Origin: Octopus sinensis
Taxonomy: Eukaryota
Assembly: GCF_006345805.1 (NCBI RefSeq)
Contig: NC_043002.1
Location: 70,184,001-70,248,000 of the forward strand
DNA length: 64,000 nt
Reading direction: 5' to 3'
Shown: one piece after another, positions 61,709 through 64,000 of the stretch
Numbering within the stretch: the first letter of the stretch is position 1
Layout: each line of letters starts with the position of its first letter
The notes under the pieces: model-generated
Seen by the model: only the letters and a program-made list of their open reading frames with translations
Told to the model about the DNA's origin: nothing
Databases searched by the model: none
Position numbers and translations under genes: made by a program

Positions 61709-62244
61709 AGTATGCAGGCATCGTCATCGTTGGCTGTCCATTGTAAGTGGACGTTGACTGTTCAGTTCAGAGAAACCTGAACAAAAACGATTTTCGATCG
61801 TGAATATGGCAGCTAGCGTCGTGCCCCTATCAGACTGCCTCTCGGGGCCTCCAGGTGCCAAGAAGTGCACAAGTGTGCAACGAGCATTGTCGAAGATTAG
61901 GGCTCTCCCACAGCAGCACTCGCTACGTGACGCCCAACCGTTGCTTGCTTGGCCGCGATAACATGCCAGCCGTTGGTCTAGGGCTCCTTTGGTTTACCCG
62001 ACATCCAACTGCCGATGCCATCACCCTATCCCCGCCACAAGAGGTTAAGGGCTTGTTAGCACTTTGCTCGAACATCCACCCAAGTCTACGGATAGAAGGG
62101 GCGAGTTACTGTCTTTTACAGCCTGACACTTGTGTGGGTCCCGTACCATACCGACATACCGTACATACATACATGCACGCGCGCGCACACACACGCACAC
62201 ATACGCACGCACACACACGCACACACACACTCACACACACATAC

Positions 62245-62306
<62 letters not shown>

Positions 62307-62352
62307 TATACATATATATACAATATATATAATATATATACATATACTATAT

Positions 62353-62426
<74 letters not shown>

Positions 62427-62503
62427 CTTAAGGGAGGTAAAAGCTCACATACGCACACATACGCACGCACACACACGCACCACACACACTCACACACACA
62501 TAC

Positions 62504-62554
<51 letters not shown>

Positions 62555-62622
62555 TATACATATATATACTATATATATACATATATATACATACATATAA
62601 TATACATACATATATTATATAT

Positions 62623-62683
<61 letters not shown>

Positions 62684-62709
62684 TATATAATATAGATATA
62701 TTTATATAC

Positions 62710-62960
62710 TTAAGGGAGGTAAAAGCTCATCGATTCTGTACCAACACGCCGAACAGGAACACGGGGATCAATCACCAACATAGAAATTAAAATATTGTCC
62801 ACACATAGAACAGATGCAACAATCAGACAAATTACAGAAGCTACACACACAATAGAAGATAAACCTAGCCTGAATGGGGAACTGGAATGGAACACTAGCA
62901 CTCACCACAACATATGACGGTAGAGGATCCCCATAAACTGGTTACAATATAAACAAAACC
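62710..62960 (+). pseudogene. PLE (Naiad-like) endonuclease 3' fragment abutting (TA)n
   Basis: SSILYQHAEQEHGD / IKILSTHRTDATIRQITEA...KPSLNGELEW, with one frameshift; same motif class as 28800-29365. Confidence 0.7.
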
Positions 62961-63375
62961 GAAAGCATAATAAATAAAATACACAGATAAATAAACAAAT
63001 AGAAATAAATAACTATATAAGTTTTTTTTTTATTTTGTTTAATTTAAAAGATTTTTATTTTTTATTTTTAATAATTATTACTAGTATTGTTGTTATACAT
63101 ACATACAAGCATACGTAATGATAATAATAATAAGTGGATGTAAACACATGAACAAAATAAGAATAAACAAAAACAACAACAACAAAAACAAATTACACGA
63201 ACGTATATAAACAGAAGATACAAATATTACTGGCATTCTCCCACACACATACACACTAAATAAACATAGACGCACATAGAGATATAAGCATGCGCAAATG
63301 AAGACATACAAGAGAAATACAAAATGGCTGACGGTTAGTAAGGAGAGAACACAAAAAGAAAGAAGAAAACAAGGA

Positions 63376-63415
63376 CCACTGATGCGATCACAGGAGTGTG
63401 ACGAAAGAACTCTGG
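63376..63415 (+). ncRNA. Decayed hammerhead-like motif
   Basis: CCA-CTGATGC-GA-TCACA-GGAG-TGTGA-C-GAAA-GAAC-TC-TGG. Stems I and II pair, but core A9 is replaced by C. Confidence 0.35.
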
Positions 63416-63591
63416 CCGAAATAAGATAAGATTAATGTAAAAAATATAATAACACTGAGCAAAAACACCAAATATATAGTGCGTGTGTTTTTATTGGCTA
63501 AACTGGCAAAATGACCATTCCGAAAATAAACAATATCTGTTTCAACACACGACATCACATCACATAAACAATCTTGCACAACAAATATATA

Positions 63592-63686
<95 letters not shown>

Positions 63687-64000
63687 TGCAGAAGAAAATG
63701 GTCCACCTGCATCAGTGAAAATGCGGCGGCTAGCTGCGCGCATTTCTGCCTGGTTGGGCTTTATCAATAGCACGTACCGAGTGCCGACCACACGCAAAGA
63801 CGAAATCTAACGCTACCAATACAGGAAAGCAGTGAATGGACAAGCACTGCTACTGCAAATAGCCATCCGGCTGAATGAAATCCGTTATTAGCAAATAAAT
63901 CAGTATTAGATTAAAATAGCCATCTCTGTATCATACGTTATGTAAATACATCTTCCAAAGGCAATGTTGATGCAGTATTCGCCAGGGAAGAATATTTCTT

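Overview
Eukaryotic, AT-rich, repeat-saturated DNA, most likely intronic or intergenic sequence from an octopus (coleoid cephalopod). This is inferred from the tRNA-derived SINE families and the extreme microsatellite load. I could not support any host protein-coding exon, rRNA, intact tRNA or CRISPR array; almost all ORFs in the supplied track are translations of microsatellites or SINEs. What is present: (1) about 40 copies of two dominant SINEs, called A and B here, plus single copies of three other SINE-like families; (2) decayed retroelements: several Penelope-like element (PLE) RT and GIY-YIG fragments, a 5'-truncated R4/Dong-type LINE sitting in (TAA)n, and a Tx1/L1-type fragment; (3) a near full-length Tc1 transposase pseudogene and a mariner/maT-type remnant; (4) two long inverted repeats. 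The most interesting signals are minimal hammerhead-ribozyme motifs tied to PLE ends (two share a CCGA core variant, and two lie back-to-back in a 271-bp palindrome), head-to-tail SINE concatemers with a fixed junction, and an apparent cascade in which SINE-borne (TA)n and (ATT)n microsatellites act as landing pads for other retroelements. Element boundaries are approximate unless a TSD is quoted, and all alignments were done by eye.
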